Shown one piece after another: positions 7,762 to 17,074 of a stretch of 40,925 nt of DNA (position 1 is its first letter; each line of letters starts with the position of its first letter). The DNA is from a virus (lineage: Duplodnaviria > Caudoviricetes), in IMG/VR virus record IMGVR_UViG_3300049273_000020, positions 1 through 40,925 of that record. The stretch is one strand, 5' to 3'. The position numbers and the translations under genes are program-made. The notes under the pieces are model-generated. The model was not told the DNA's origin. It saw only the letters and a list, made by a program, of their open reading frames with translations, and did not search any database.

Positions 7762-10547
7762 GAGGCCACCGCCACTCTGGCCAGCCGCACCCTGGTTCCG
7801 GCCGGGTGTGCCTTCGCCACGCCGTTGAGGCTGCGGTCAACGGTCCACAGTTGCGGTGAGGTGTCCCCGGTGATGCTGTTGACCTTGACCACTTCACCGC
7901 CCATCGTCGCCGCGAACGGGAAGTTCTGCGGCCGCTCCGTACTGGTGATCCACAGCTGTTTCCCGGAATCCGTAGCCACCAGGAACGTGGTGGTAGACGA
8001 GGTGACCGGTTGGGCGAGATACGAACCGGACGTGTCCAGCCGGCCGTGGACCGGGTCTTCCAGTACGAACACCCACCACGGCCCACCTGGGGTGGCGTTG
8101 AGCGTGATGTCCCACTCAACCCCGTCGGTGGTCTCCTCGTACCCCTGGGCGATCGCGTCGATCTCGTCCGGGGGCAGCGGCGCGGGCGGGTTGCCGGCGG
8201 TGATCCGGTCGCCGCAGTCGACATCGGCGATCGCCATGGTCAGGTCGGTGTTCAGGGCGGGGCTGACCGAGATCGCCGAGAACCGGGCGTCGTCCCACGT
8301 GCCCGTGTGCCTGCGCCATCCGGCCTGGGACGGCAGCTGAGAGTCCGCGGCCAGCGACAGGCTGACCGACTCGTCATAGCGGCCGATCCCGTCCGGGTCT
8401 TGCTGCGGGTCCTGGATATTGAGCGGCCCGGCTTCTTGGACCGAGCGTGCCGAGGATCCGCCGCGACGTTCCACCGTGACGTCGTTGACGGCCTGGTCGT
8501 CGTCTTCATCAGGCTCCAGCGGCGGTGACAAGTGCCGCTGCGAGTAGTCCAGTTCCAGCCGCGGGACCTGGTTGTACAGGCTCTGCCGGGTTCGGTACGT
8601 CAGCCCGGCTTCGTACCGGGTTTCGAACAGCGGTCCGCCGTCGGCGTCGGCGGCCTCCTGCCACAGCGCTGTCAGCTGCCCGGAGCGTTGCGGTCCCATC
8701 GCCGCGGTGGCGTTGAGGTCCCCGATCCCGACGAACGGGACGCCTTCCTCGGCGCAGAGCCGTTCGATGCGCCGGCCGGCGGCCTCGCCCTGCCACGCCA
8801 CCAGCGACTCGTGGTAGCCGTCCCACCGGTCCTTGTCGGCGGCGAAGGTGATGTGCCCGACCGCCACCTCGGTCAGGTCCTTGTTCGGGGCGACGGTGAA
8901 CGAGGTGACCCGGCCGACTGTCCGGTTGTTCAGCGTGCCGGTGGTTTCGGCGAAGGTGAGCTCGCCGGCGTCGGTGATGGTGGCGGTGCCGAACGCCCAG
9001 TCGATGTTGGAACCGTTCTGCACCAGCTGCAACTTCAGCTCGAACGTCGACGCGTTGACGGCGTAGGCGAGGAACCCCGAGTTGTACAGGGTGGTGCCGT
9101 CGTCGTCGTACACCCGTAGTTCCAGGTTGCCCGACGTGTCGATGCGCAGCTGCCAGTCCCGCGCCGTCCCGGTGCACCGCAGCACCGTCAGCACCCGGGT
9201 ACCGCCCACCGAGGCGGGGACATCCATCACCAGACGGATCGCGGTCTCGTCTCCCACCTGGTACACCGGGATCGCCGCGGTGAACTTGGCGCTCCCGAGC
9301 TTCGGCAACGGGTCCGAGGCGGGCAGGTCTGTGAACGCGGCCATCTGAGGGACACCGGTGATCACCATCGGGCGGTTCCCGACCGCTGGGGCGATCGACT
9401 TGGCGTCTTCGCCTTCTTCGCACGGCCAGTACGCCACCGGTTCCGGCCGGCCTGGTGACGTCAGGCCACGGTAGAGCGCCGACCGCAGCTGTCTGGTCTT
9501 CTCCAGGCGGCGCAGCACCCCGTAGGCCTCGACCGGTACCCAGGCGTCTTCCCCGTCGCCGTCGCCGTGGCCGTCCCATCGTTGGGGCCAGGACTTGACC
9601 GCGCCGACGAACCGGACCCGCCGGTTTGTGACCTCGGCCCCGACCGACGTGTTGACCGTCCATGTACGTCCGGCACTGTCCACCCAGCTGGCCACGCCGA
9701 CTGCCTGCGCGGCGACGTCAGCCTCAGCGACGACCGGGCCGTTGATGCCGTTGCGGAGCTGGAACCGGCGCCACTGGGCCCGTGCCCCTTCGTGGGTGGT
9801 GATCGGTGCGCGGCCGCCCACGCGCAGATCCGACGTGGACGCGAACACCGCGGTGGTGCCCGTACCGGTAACAGGGTCGCCGAGCGGCACCCACGTGGAC
9901 CCGTCCACCGAGGTGTAGAAGGTGACGGTGTGGCCGCCTGCACCGTTGTCCACATCCAGAGTGACGCGCATGTGCCGGACCACCCACCACGGCACTCTCA
10001 CCGTCGACTCGTACAGCTTCACCGTGGCGGAGGTGCCGTCCGACGACCACGACAGGCCGAGCTTGCCGTTGGAGGACATGCGCAGGTACCAGGCCCGCTG
10101 GTCGCCGGTGACGGTCCACTTCGACGCGAAGGTGACATCGGTCGGCGACCACGCCGCGACCGACACGTCGACCCGGATGTCCAGGTCCCCAGTGACGTCC
10201 AGCGACGCGTGATCCGGTGTGGTCAGCGCCCCGTGGCTGGACACAGTGGTCGGCTGCCGCTCGGCCCACAGATAGGGCAGACCCGTGCACACGCACACCC
10301 GGAGCGGGGTGTTGCGGCCGATCCGGCGGAAGTACGGCGAGTGCGGCCACCGCGGGCTGTACTTACCGGACGCGTTGTTCAGCCGCAGCACACACCGGGA
10401 CGGCTTCGCGGCGTCCGCCTGGTCGAGGCGGCCGCGGCGGATGGTGATGTGTGTGGACCCCTTGCCCACCACGTCGTCGGTGATGTCGGTCCACACGCCA
10501 TCGACCAGGATCTCACCGGTGATCGGCAGCAGGTCGTCGTCTGTCAC
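7758..10547 (-). CDS. Large minor tail / baseplate hub protein with LamG-like regions
   Basis: Directly follows the tape measure gene. WTDIT...LNNASGKYSP...RNTPLRV start, PVAYWPCEEG and RSLNGVAKAHPAGTRVRL end are typical of actinophage tail proteins. Confidence 0.85.
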   Translation of the reverse strand: MTDDDLLPITGEILVDGVWTDITDDVVGKGSTHITIRRGRLDQADAAKPSRCVLRLNNASGKYSPRWPHSPYFRRIGRNTPLRVCVCTGLPYLWAERQPTTVSSHGALTTPDHASLDVTGDLDIRVDVSVAAWSPTDVTFASKWTVTGDQRAWYLRMSSNGKLGLSWSSDGTSATVKLYESTVRVPWWVVRHMRVTLDVDNGAGGHTVTFYTSVDGSTWVPLGDPVTGTGTTAVFASTSDLRVGGRAPITTHEGARAQWRRFQLRNGINGPVVAEADVAAQAVGVASWVDSAGRTWTVNTSVGAEVTNRRVRFVGAVKSWPQRWDGHGDGDGEDAWVPVEAYGVLRRLEKTRQLRSALYRGLTSPGRPEPVAYWPCEEGEDAKSIAPAVGNRPMVITGVPQMAAFTDLPASDPLPKLGSAKFTAAIPVYQVGDETAIRLVMDVPASVGGTRVLTVLRCTGTARDWQLRIDTSGNLELRVYDDDGTTLYNSGFLAYAVNASTFELKLQLVQNGSNIDWAFGTATITDAGELTFAETTGTLNNRTVGRVTSFTVAPNKDLTEVAVGHITFAADKDRWDGYHESLVAWQGEAAGRRIERLCAEEGVPFVGIGDLNATAAMGPQRSGQLTALWQEAADADGGPLFETRYEAGLTYRTRQSLYNQVPRLELDYSQRHLSPPLEPDEDDDQAVNDVTVERRGGSSARSVQEAGPLNIQDPQQDPDGIGRYDESVSLSLAADSQLPSQAGWRRHTGTWDDARFSAISVSPALNTDLTMAIADVDCGDRITAGNPPAPLPPDEIDAIAQGYEETTDGVEWDITLNATPGGPWWVFVLEDPVHGRLDTSGSYLAQPVTSSTTTFLVATDSGKQLWITSTERPQNFPFAATMGGEVVKVNSITGDTSPQLWTVDRSLNGVAKAHPAGTRVRLARVAVAS

Positions 10548-13228
10548 CGCCGCCGCCCGAACGCCTGCTGCACGTCCCCGCCGCCTTCATCCTTGACGAT
10601 CTTCCGGATGAGCCGGCCGAACTCGGTGTCCGCGCCGAGCACGTCGATCAACTGGCGCACGGTCACCTCCACCTGCACCTGCTGGCCGCTCATCGGCTGG
10701 CCCGGCCAGGACACCTGGCCGCCGTACCACGACGCGGTCTCGTCGACGAGCTGCCGAGACCGGGCCGGGTTGCCGTGGCGAGGGATCAGAGCCTCGCCGC
10801 CGGTTTCCGGTTCGGCGAACATCACGATTGGGCCATTGGAGTAGATGCCGGCGGGTAACTGCGGAGTGACCATCAGCCCTGACCGGGCCTTGTGGATAGA
10901 CCCGTACCGGTTCAACCCGGCAGGGATCGTGCCACCCGGGACCCGCGCGTACTCCCGGTTTTCCCGCACGTAGATCGTCGCGTACACCTTCCGGCCGTTC
11001 AGCCACAGCAAGGTGCCCTTGAGTGCCCGTGCGTTGGCCTGCGCGGCGCCCAGGCCGGGCGTGAGGAACCGCGTGACGATCGAGGCGGGCATCTTCGCGT
11101 ACGTGCCGATCAGCTCGTTGATCTGGGCCTCGGTGAAGCCTGCGGCCGCCAGGGTCGCGCGCAGCCGGCCGATGTACCGATCGTATTCAGCCTCGGCCGC
11201 CTGCAAGCTGCTCGTCTCGTCGTACTTGGCCTGCGCCGCGGCGGCCGCCGCCTCGACCACACCGAGCAGGGCCTGCTTGTTCGCGCGGCCTTTCTCGCTG
11301 TTCACGTCCATCGTTTCGCCGTTGGCCGCCAGCGACGCGGACAACGCGTCGAGCGCCTCCTCCGCCTGTATCTCGGCCTGCGCGTACGCCAGCGCGGCCC
11401 CGTTCAGAGCGTTGAAGACGTCGATCAGGGTGCGGCCCGCGGTGACCGCTTCCTCCAGGCCGCCGGCGAGCAGCCGGGCCTGTTGCTCTACGCTGGCGAA
11501 CCCTTTCGCGACCGGTGAGGTCGCCGAGGCCGCCGCGGAGGCAGCGCCGAGGTAGTCCCCGAACAGCTCGTTGATCCGCTCCTGCGGCACGCCCGCGTCA
11601 AGCAGTCGTTGGCGCAGGTCGTCGAACAGCAACGCCGCGGTGTTCGCGTTACCGGAAGCGACGAGCTCGGCGAGCGCGGCGTCGGTGTTTTTCACCGACC
11701 CGGCGAGCTTCCCGTTCGCGGCGATCAGCCGTTCGTTAGCCTCCCGTACGGCGTGGCTGGCTGCCTGCTGCTTGTCGCTCCACCCAGGTTTGGACCATTC
11801 GTCGGCGAGGTCCCTGGCGGTCTTGACACCAACGGTCCGCAGGTTCGCCTGCGCCCGGTCCACTTCGGCCGTGGCGGCTGCGACTTCCCGGGCGTTGCGG
11901 GTGAGGGTCCGAAACCCAGCGCCGAGTTCCTTGGCCATCGGTCCGGTGATCCTGCCGGTCGCTGCGAACTTCCGCAGACTCTCGGCCAGCTTGGAGATGT
12001 CTTCGGCCGAGGCCTCGGCCGGGCCGGCCAGTTCGGTCAGCCACTGCACCAGGCCGATCACCACGCCGACAGCCAGCCCGATGACGCCGATGCGGCCGGC
12101 GACCGCGGTGACCTTCCCCAGGCCCTTCGACGCGGTTTCCCCTACCGGGCCCAGCGCTGCCAGCTGTGCAAGCGTGGCCTGCGTCGAGGCGCGCATCCGC
12201 AGCATGGCGCCGGTAGCGGGGATCACGGTGGCGGCCAACAACCCGACCAGGGCGATCACGGTCTGCAACGGGGCAGGCAGGGCATCGAACCCGTTCGCGA
12301 GCAGCTCCACTGCCATCGACACGCCCTCGATGGCGTCGACGAGCAGCCTGGTGGCCTGCTGGGTGCCGGGGGACGCGAATACGGTGAGGATCGCGCCCAG
12401 CAGACGGGCCAGGGAGTTCAGCAGACCGTCGACGGCGTCGGCTGACGTGGCCATCAGCCGGTCCAGCTGCCCTGACTGGCGCATCGTCGCGAACATCGCC
12501 CGGAGTTGAGCGACCAGGTCAGCGGCGTCGGCGACCAGCCGATCGAGGAATCCGCCGCCGCCTTCGGACAGGTCCAGCCACAGGCCGGTCCCGTCCTCCA
12601 CCAGGCCGTTGAGGCGGAACATGGTGCGGTTGGTCTGGTCGAGGATCCGTTCGACCTGCGCGACCTGTTCCGCTTCGGACAGGAACGTGATCGTGTTGTG
12701 GGCGACCTGGCCGAGCGTCCCGGACAGGGTGCCGAGCCGCCGGTCCAGCGCCGGGAGCGTGGACCCCGCCAGCGTGCGGAAGTCCCCGTTGAGCCTGGAC
12801 CAGAACCGTTCCTGGATCGTGTCGCCCAACCCGGCCAGGTCACCACGTAGCGAATCGAGCTCGCCCACGATCGACCGCGCGGACGGGGTCAGCCCGCGCA
12901 GCGCCTGGTCGAGTTTGACGCCGCCGACCTTCGCGGCGTCCATCGCGTCGCCAAGCCCAGCCATCGCCGGTGCGGCGACCGCCGCGACCGCACCGGTCGC
13001 TGAGATCGCCGCGGGGAGCGCCGCGATCGCCCCCAGAGCCGGGGACGCCACAGCCGGCAGGCCAGCCAGGGCCGCGCCGTACCCGCGGAGCAGCAACGGG
13101 TCAGCGGCCCGGTTCAGATGCTCCGTCTCGTCCTTGACCTTCTCGGTGGCGGACGCGGCCGCGCGCATGCCACGGATGTAGTCGCTTACCCGGGCGCCCA
13201 GGCGGACGAAGACGCTGCGTTCGGCCAC
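10544..13228 (-). CDS. Tape measure protein
   Basis: 894 aa, Ala-rich and helical, downstream of the chaperones; C-terminal FAEPETGGEALIP motif. Confidence 0.92.
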   Translation of the reverse strand: MAERSVFVRLGARVSDYIRGMRAAASATEKVKDETEHLNRAADPLLLRGYGAALAGLPAVASPALGAIAALPAAISATGAVAAVAAPAMAGLGDAMDAAKVGGVKLDQALRGLTPSARSIVGELDSLRGDLAGLGDTIQERFWSRLNGDFRTLAGSTLPALDRRLGTLSGTLGQVAHNTITFLSEAEQVAQVERILDQTNRTMFRLNGLVEDGTGLWLDLSEGGGGFLDRLVADAADLVAQLRAMFATMRQSGQLDRLMATSADAVDGLLNSLARLLGAILTVFASPGTQQATRLLVDAIEGVSMAVELLANGFDALPAPLQTVIALVGLLAATVIPATGAMLRMRASTQATLAQLAALGPVGETASKGLGKVTAVAGRIGVIGLAVGVVIGLVQWLTELAGPAEASAEDISKLAESLRKFAATGRITGPMAKELGAGFRTLTRNAREVAAATAEVDRAQANLRTVGVKTARDLADEWSKPGWSDKQQAASHAVREANERLIAANGKLAGSVKNTDAALAELVASGNANTAALLFDDLRQRLLDAGVPQERINELFGDYLGAASAAASATSPVAKGFASVEQQARLLAGGLEEAVTAGRTLIDVFNALNGAALAYAQAEIQAEEALDALSASLAANGETMDVNSEKGRANKQALLGVVEAAAAAAQAKYDETSSLQAAEAEYDRYIGRLRATLAAAGFTEAQINELIGTYAKMPASIVTRFLTPGLGAAQANARALKGTLLWLNGRKVYATIYVRENREYARVPGGTIPAGLNRYGSIHKARSGLMVTPQLPAGIYSNGPIVMFAEPETGGEALIPRHGNPARSRQLVDETASWYGGQVSWPGQPMSGQQVQVEVTVRQLIDVLGADTEFGRLIRKIVKDEGGGDVQQAFGRRR

Positions 13229-13231
13229 GCC

Positions 13232-13678
13232 TCACCTCGGCTTCCTGGGTCGCAGCACCGGCTGGAAATACACCGAGTGCGGCCGGTCGCTGTCCTTGCG
13301 GAACGCTTCCTCGGCTGTGTGTTTCGCGGTGCACGCGTGACAGCGAGTCGGTGGGGGCACCTCGTAGTAGCCGGTGCCGTCCCGGTTGTCCGGGTCATTG
13401 AGTGATGAGGTGGACTCAGCGAACTGCTCACCGCACCCGGGACACCGGCCGGCCTGCCACACCGTCAGCGCGATCATGTGGGCCTGTTGCTCCGGATCCC
13501 ATTCCGGCTCGGTGACCCTGGTGACCGTCCGCACCAACCGGTCGCCGTCGTACTCGTACTCGGTGACGGTTTCCGGTTCCCACCCGCCGAACCGTTTCAG
13601 GGACACCCCGACAGACGCCGCCGCCTTTACTCGCTGCCGGAACCCTGGGTCAGACGAGAGGCGGCGGGTGAGAAAGGG
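13232..13678 (-). CDS. Tail assembly chaperone, -1 frameshift extension (gpGT-like C-terminal part)
   Basis: Open -1 frame from slippery CCCTTTC (13678-13672) to the stop just before the tape measure gene; contains CPGC and CHAC. Confidence 0.8.
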   Translation of the reverse strand, partial: PFLTRRLSSDPGFRQRVKAAASVGVSLKRFGGWEPETVTEYEYDGDRLVRTVTRVTEPEWDPEQQAHMIALTVWQAGRCPGCGEQFAESTSSLNDPDNRDGTGYYEVPPPTRCHACTAKHTAEEAFRKDSDRPHSVYFQPVLRPRKPR

Positions 13679-14184
13679 ACCGACATCGCTTCCTGATTCA
13701 AGCTGATGCATGCCCCGGCCCAGTCCATCAGCTGCCCGTCCGAACACGCGGCGATCGCCTGCTGCAACTGGGCCGCCGACAGCGTCGGCCGGGAGATCGA
13801 CTCCTTGAGCAGCTCCGGGATGAAGCTGTCCACGTTGAAGCCCTGGTGCCGGTCGACCGGGTCGCTCTGCCGCGGCGGGTGCTCCCGCAGCAGCTCCCGG
13901 TACCGGCCGGGCGGCAACGCCTGCACCACCAGGTGCAAGGACTCTGTATCCATCTGCTCTTCGAGGTCGCGGATCTGCTCGGCGAGCCGCCGCGTCTTGG
14001 CCTGTTCCCCCATGGTCGCGGGGGCCTCGCGCATCGCGGCGGCCAGTTCCTCTTCCAACTTGCGGTGCTGCTGGCGCAAATCGTCGCGCAGGCACAGCTG
14101 GTACGGCTGTGTCGGGCGCTGCGCCTGCGCCAGGATCGCGTTGACGTCCTGGCCCTCGACCTTGTCGACCCGGCTGCCGGTCAC
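13627..14184 (-). CDS. Tail assembly chaperone (gpG-like)
   Basis: Lies between the major tail and tape measure genes; ends near the ...SVPFS slippery site. Confidence 0.85.
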   Translation of the reverse strand: MTGSRVDKVEGQDVNAILAQAQRPTQPYQLCLRDDLRQQHRKLEEELAAAMREAPATMGEQAKTRRLAEQIRDLEEQMDTESLHLVVQALPPGRYRELLREHPPRQSDPVDRHQGFNVDSFIPELLKESISRPTLSAAQLQQAIAACSDGQLMDWAGACISLNQEAMSVPFSPAASRLTQGSGSE

Positions 14185-14687
14185 GCAGCCACCGCCACAT
14201 CCTGGTAGTGCTTGCCGTACACGAACGGCTTCTGCACAATCCGCAGCTTCGTGTTCGCCTCACCGGGCTGCTTACGCTGGCGTCCGAACCGGACGGTATA
14301 CACGTCGACGATGTCGCCGGCGGCGAACGGGGTATCGATGTCCACACCCCACCTGGGCACCAGGAACCCGGTCGTGCCGACAGTCAACGTGGTGCGTGCC
14401 TTGTCGTTCGCCGGCGACGCCGGGTTGTACACGTACGCGATTTCCAGCGTCTCCATGAACCGGCCGCGGTCCTCGAAGTTCTGCCGACTACCGAGCCGGT
14501 CGTCGGTCACCGACTGCTCGTCGGTGTTTGGACGCCACCCGTCCCCGGTCAGGTACATCGTGAGATCAAGCACCGTCGGTGCGGTCAGTTCCGCCAAGGT
14601 GGGCGCGGCGGGGTTGGCCAACGCCGCGACGTACACCACCTTGACGTTCCCGTCGCTGGTGACTGAGATCGGCAGCGTCATGGTCAC
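14181..14687 (-). CDS. Major tail (tube) protein
   Basis: SDGNVKVVYVAALANPAAPTLAEL...GDIVDVYTVRFG resembles actinophage tail tube proteins; synteny agrees. Confidence 0.88.
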   Translation of the reverse strand: MTMTLPISVTSDGNVKVVYVAALANPAAPTLAELTAPTVLDLTMYLTGDGWRPNTDEQSVTDDRLGSRQNFEDRGRFMETLEIAYVYNPASPANDKARTTLTVGTTGFLVPRWGVDIDTPFAAGDIVDVYTVRFGRQRKQPGEANTKLRIVQKPFVYGKHYQDVAVAA

Positions 14688-15064
14688 TCCTCAGGGGTGC
14701 TCGCCGGCGCGGCGGCCGGGTCGTGATGTGGGGATGAGCGTCGGCGCCGGCTGGCCCGCGCCGATGTCTTGGTGGTCTCGCCCTGGTCGTCCGGCGGGGC
14801 GTCCGCCGCGGTGTCGGACGACGAACCGCTGTCGGCTACGTCAGCCGGCGTCGTTGCGGGCAGAGCACCGCCGTGCGCGTTCCACGCGTCGGCGAATGCC
14901 TCGGATGGAGAGGGCGGGCGGGCGTCGCTGCCGTGATGCTCCGGAGCATCCGGCACGACTTCGGCCGCGCCGCCGTCCACCAGCTCGGCGGCGAGGCGTT
15001 CGTTCGCGTCGAACTCGTGACCCGTCGTGGTGTCTCGCAACCTGATCCACGTCATCGCCGTCAC
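14684..15064 (-). CDS. Hypothetical protein (short N-terminal domain plus low-complexity tail)
   Basis: WIRLRDTTTGHEFD start; GTGA-coupled on both sides. Confidence 0.7.
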   Translation of the reverse strand: MTAMTWIRLRDTTTGHEFDANERLAAELVDGGAAEVVPDAPEHHGSDARPPSPSEAFADAWNAHGGALPATTPADVADSGSSSDTAADAPPDDQGETTKTSARASRRRRSSPHHDPAAAPASTPEE

Positions 15065-15393
15065 ACCCGGATCGTGAGGATCTTCAGGTCGGCGTTGTTG
15101 TCGTACGTGAAGTCGACGTAGCCGTCCGACGAATCAGCGAGCCGAGCAGGAAACGGGCCGAACACCGCGAACCCCAGCGCAGGGATCGACGTCTGCGGAT
15201 CCGGATGCGCCCCGCCGAACTCGGTGCTCCTCGGGTCGACGACCGTGACTTGCCGGGCCGCCGCCGCGTTCGTGTTCTGGATAACCACCGTGACCCGGTC
15301 GTCGGCCTTGACCTGGTCACCACCCGCCGATGCGTTGGCCTGAGCGATCAACACTCCGGGGATCTTCGACTGAGTCGGGGTCAGGTTAGCCAC
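15061..15393 (-). CDS. Small beta-rich virion protein (decoration-like)
   Basis: GGGAGG RBS before GTG at 15393. Shares a GPF..R...DG.(V/L).F motif with 18048..18410. Confidence 0.7.
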   Translation of the reverse strand: MANLTPTQSKIPGVLIAQANASAGGDQVKADDRVTVVIQNTNAAAARQVTVVDPRSTEFGGAHPDPQTSIPALGFAVFGPFPARLADSSDGYVDFTYDNNADLKILTIRV

Positions 15394-15460
15394 TGGGAAA
15401 CCTCCCATGTCGTATGTGGACGGTCACGCGGAGTTGAGGGCACGGGCGTACGGTGCACGG

Positions 15461-15889
15461 ATGAAGCGATGGATGTGGGGGGTTGCCGCGCTCGTAGTCG
15501 CGGTCGTCGCCCTAGGCGTGGTGTGGCTGTCTACCAGACCTGGTGCGGATCCAGCGCCGGTAGCAACGTCCAGCCCCCGAGCCTCGACACCTGCGCCGGT
15601 GGAGAACAGCAACTCACCGCCACCACGGCCGACGATCGACGTCGGTCGGGCGACATGCCAAGACTGGGCCCTGGCGTCATGGAATCACCGACTCGACGTG
15701 TCTCGGGACCTCTTGGAGGACTTCAGGGACAGCGCGAACCCGGTCAGTGACGACCTGGCCGACGAATTCCGGACCGAGCTGAACGACGCATGCTCTGAGG
15801 AAAACGCCAAGAACGGCGGGATCACACCGCTTCTACGGCTATTCGCGGAGAAGATCTATTTGGACACGTATCCGAAGTACGCGCCCTAA
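15461..15889 (+). CDS. Membrane-anchored or exported moron protein, antisense to the structural operon
   Basis: MKRWMWGVAALVVAVVALGVVWL TM segment, Pro/Ser linker and a two-Cys domain. TACGGT lies 6 nt before the ATG. Confidence 0.8.
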   Translation: MKRWMWGVAALVVAVVALGVVWLSTRPGADPAPVATSSPRASTPAPVENSNSPPPRPTIDVGRATCQDWALASWNHRLDVSRDLLEDFRDSANPVSDDLADEFRTELNDACSEENAKNGGITPLLRLFAEKIYLDTYPKYAP

Positions 15890-16284
15890 GCAGGTTCACT
15901 GTCGAACCGGTAGACATCGACCTGGTCCATGAACATGGGGCCGAGGGCTTCGTCGGGCCTGGGTGGTTGCGAGTCTTCTTGTTCGATCCGGTCGCAGTTT
16001 CGGCCTTCCACCGTGGGTTTGACGTCGAGCAACACGCCGCGCGCGGCCACGGCGACTTTGCGGGCGGCGGATGCTGAGCCGCCGACACAGTGGCAGTACA
16101 GCCGTACCACGGCGCGTTGGGAGCGGCGGGGCAGCCGGTCGTGCCGGACGTACCGCACCGTGGCGTAGAGCAGCAGCCACGGGGGTTCGGGGACCGGGTC
16201 CGGGACCTTGCCGTCGTAGGCGGGTTGAGGGATCCCCGCGGTGAGCAGTCCGAGGGCCGCGGTGACGTGCGGGTCGTCGGCCAT
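15886..16284 (-). CDS. Tail terminator-like protein
   Basis: YDGKVPDPVPEPPWLLLY motif; synteny. Confidence 0.75.
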   Translation of the reverse strand: MADDPHVTAALGLLTAGIPQPAYDGKVPDPVPEPPWLLLYATVRYVRHDRLPRRSQRAVVRLYCHCVGGSASAARKVAVAARGVLLDVKPTVEGRNCDRIEQEDSQPPRPDEALGPMFMDQVDVYRFDSEPA

Positions 16285-16671
16285 CTATCCCTCCACCGGT
16301 TTCGCGATGGCCTCGCCCAGCCAGTGCAGGTAGTTCGGTTCCTCGTCGTCGAGCGCGGGTGCGCCGCCGGGGATCGGTGCGTTGTGGACGGTCCCGAACT
16401 CGATGATGTTTCCCAGCGGTCCCTGCGGACGGGTCTTGTCGGGACCGATCTCCGCTTCGATGTCGTGGGCCCTGACGCGAGTGTCGTAGGTGATCGCGCG
16501 GGGCAGGTGCGGGATGTGGTCGTGTCCGGACCAGCGTTCCTGCCAGCCGCGTTTGATGTTGAGCGCGCCCCTGGAGGTGACCTTCCGGACCTCGTCGCGG
16601 GCCTCGTCGGGAGCGGCCCGCAGATCCGCGGTGAGCTTGTGCAGTTCCCGGGTGTCGACGTCGATGTCCAT
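16285..16671 (-). CDS. HK97 gp10-like neck / tail-completion protein
   Basis: AEIGPDK...GNIIEFGTVHNAP motif. Confidence 0.8.
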   Translation of the reverse strand: MDIDVDTRELHKLTADLRAAPDEARDEVRKVTSRGALNIKRGWQERWSGHDHIPHLPRAITYDTRVRAHDIEAEIGPDKTRPQGPLGNIIEFGTVHNAPIPGGAPALDDEEPNYLHWLGEAIAKPVEG

Positions 16672-16675
16672 GTCG

Positions 16676-17074
16676 TCACCCCGTGATCTCGGTGACCATG
16701 TACCGGCGCATGGTCGCGTGGCTCTTGTCGGGGATGTCGCGGATTTCCAGCTCCCGGCCGACGAGTTGCTGGTCGTGCGCCGCCGCGGTGATGAGCACCT
16801 GGTCGCCGACCCGCAGCCCGGTCACGGTGTGGGGCAGCTGCAGCTCGGCTTGCAGCAGCACGACCTGGGCTTCGGCGACCCGCTGGGATTGTCCCCACGC
16901 GCCGCGCAGTTGCACCCGGCACGGCTGGTCGACATACAGCGGGTCGTAGACCGTGATGATCTGCCCGTCCGGGTCTTCGGACTGGCCCGCTTCCCGCCGG
17001 ATCGTGCACCGGTCGACAAAGAGTTCTGCGGCGAGTTGCCGGCCCATCCCGAGCGCCCACCCGGCGTAGGTCAC
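16676..17074 (-). CDS. Head-tail stopper (DUF6093-like)
   Basis: GRQLAAELFVDRCTIRR...KSHATMRR; GTGA overlap with the adaptor stop. Confidence 0.8.
   Translation of the reverse strand: MTYAGWALGMGRQLAAELFVDRCTIRREAGQSEDPDGQIITVYDPLYVDQPCRVQLRGAWGQSQRVAEAQVVLLQAELQLPHTVTGLRVGDQVLITAAAHDQQLVGRELEIRDIPDKSHATMRRYMVTEITG

Noticed and set aside
6059-8224. 721-aa minus-strand ORF overlapping phoD and tail genes
   Set aside because: Arg/Pro-rich alternative frame typical of high-GC DNA; the overlapping frames carry the recognisable motifs.
5908-10547. Diversity-generating retroelement or invertible tail-fibre cassette
   Set aside because: No reverse transcriptase, no small invertase and no duplicated template/variable repeat were seen.
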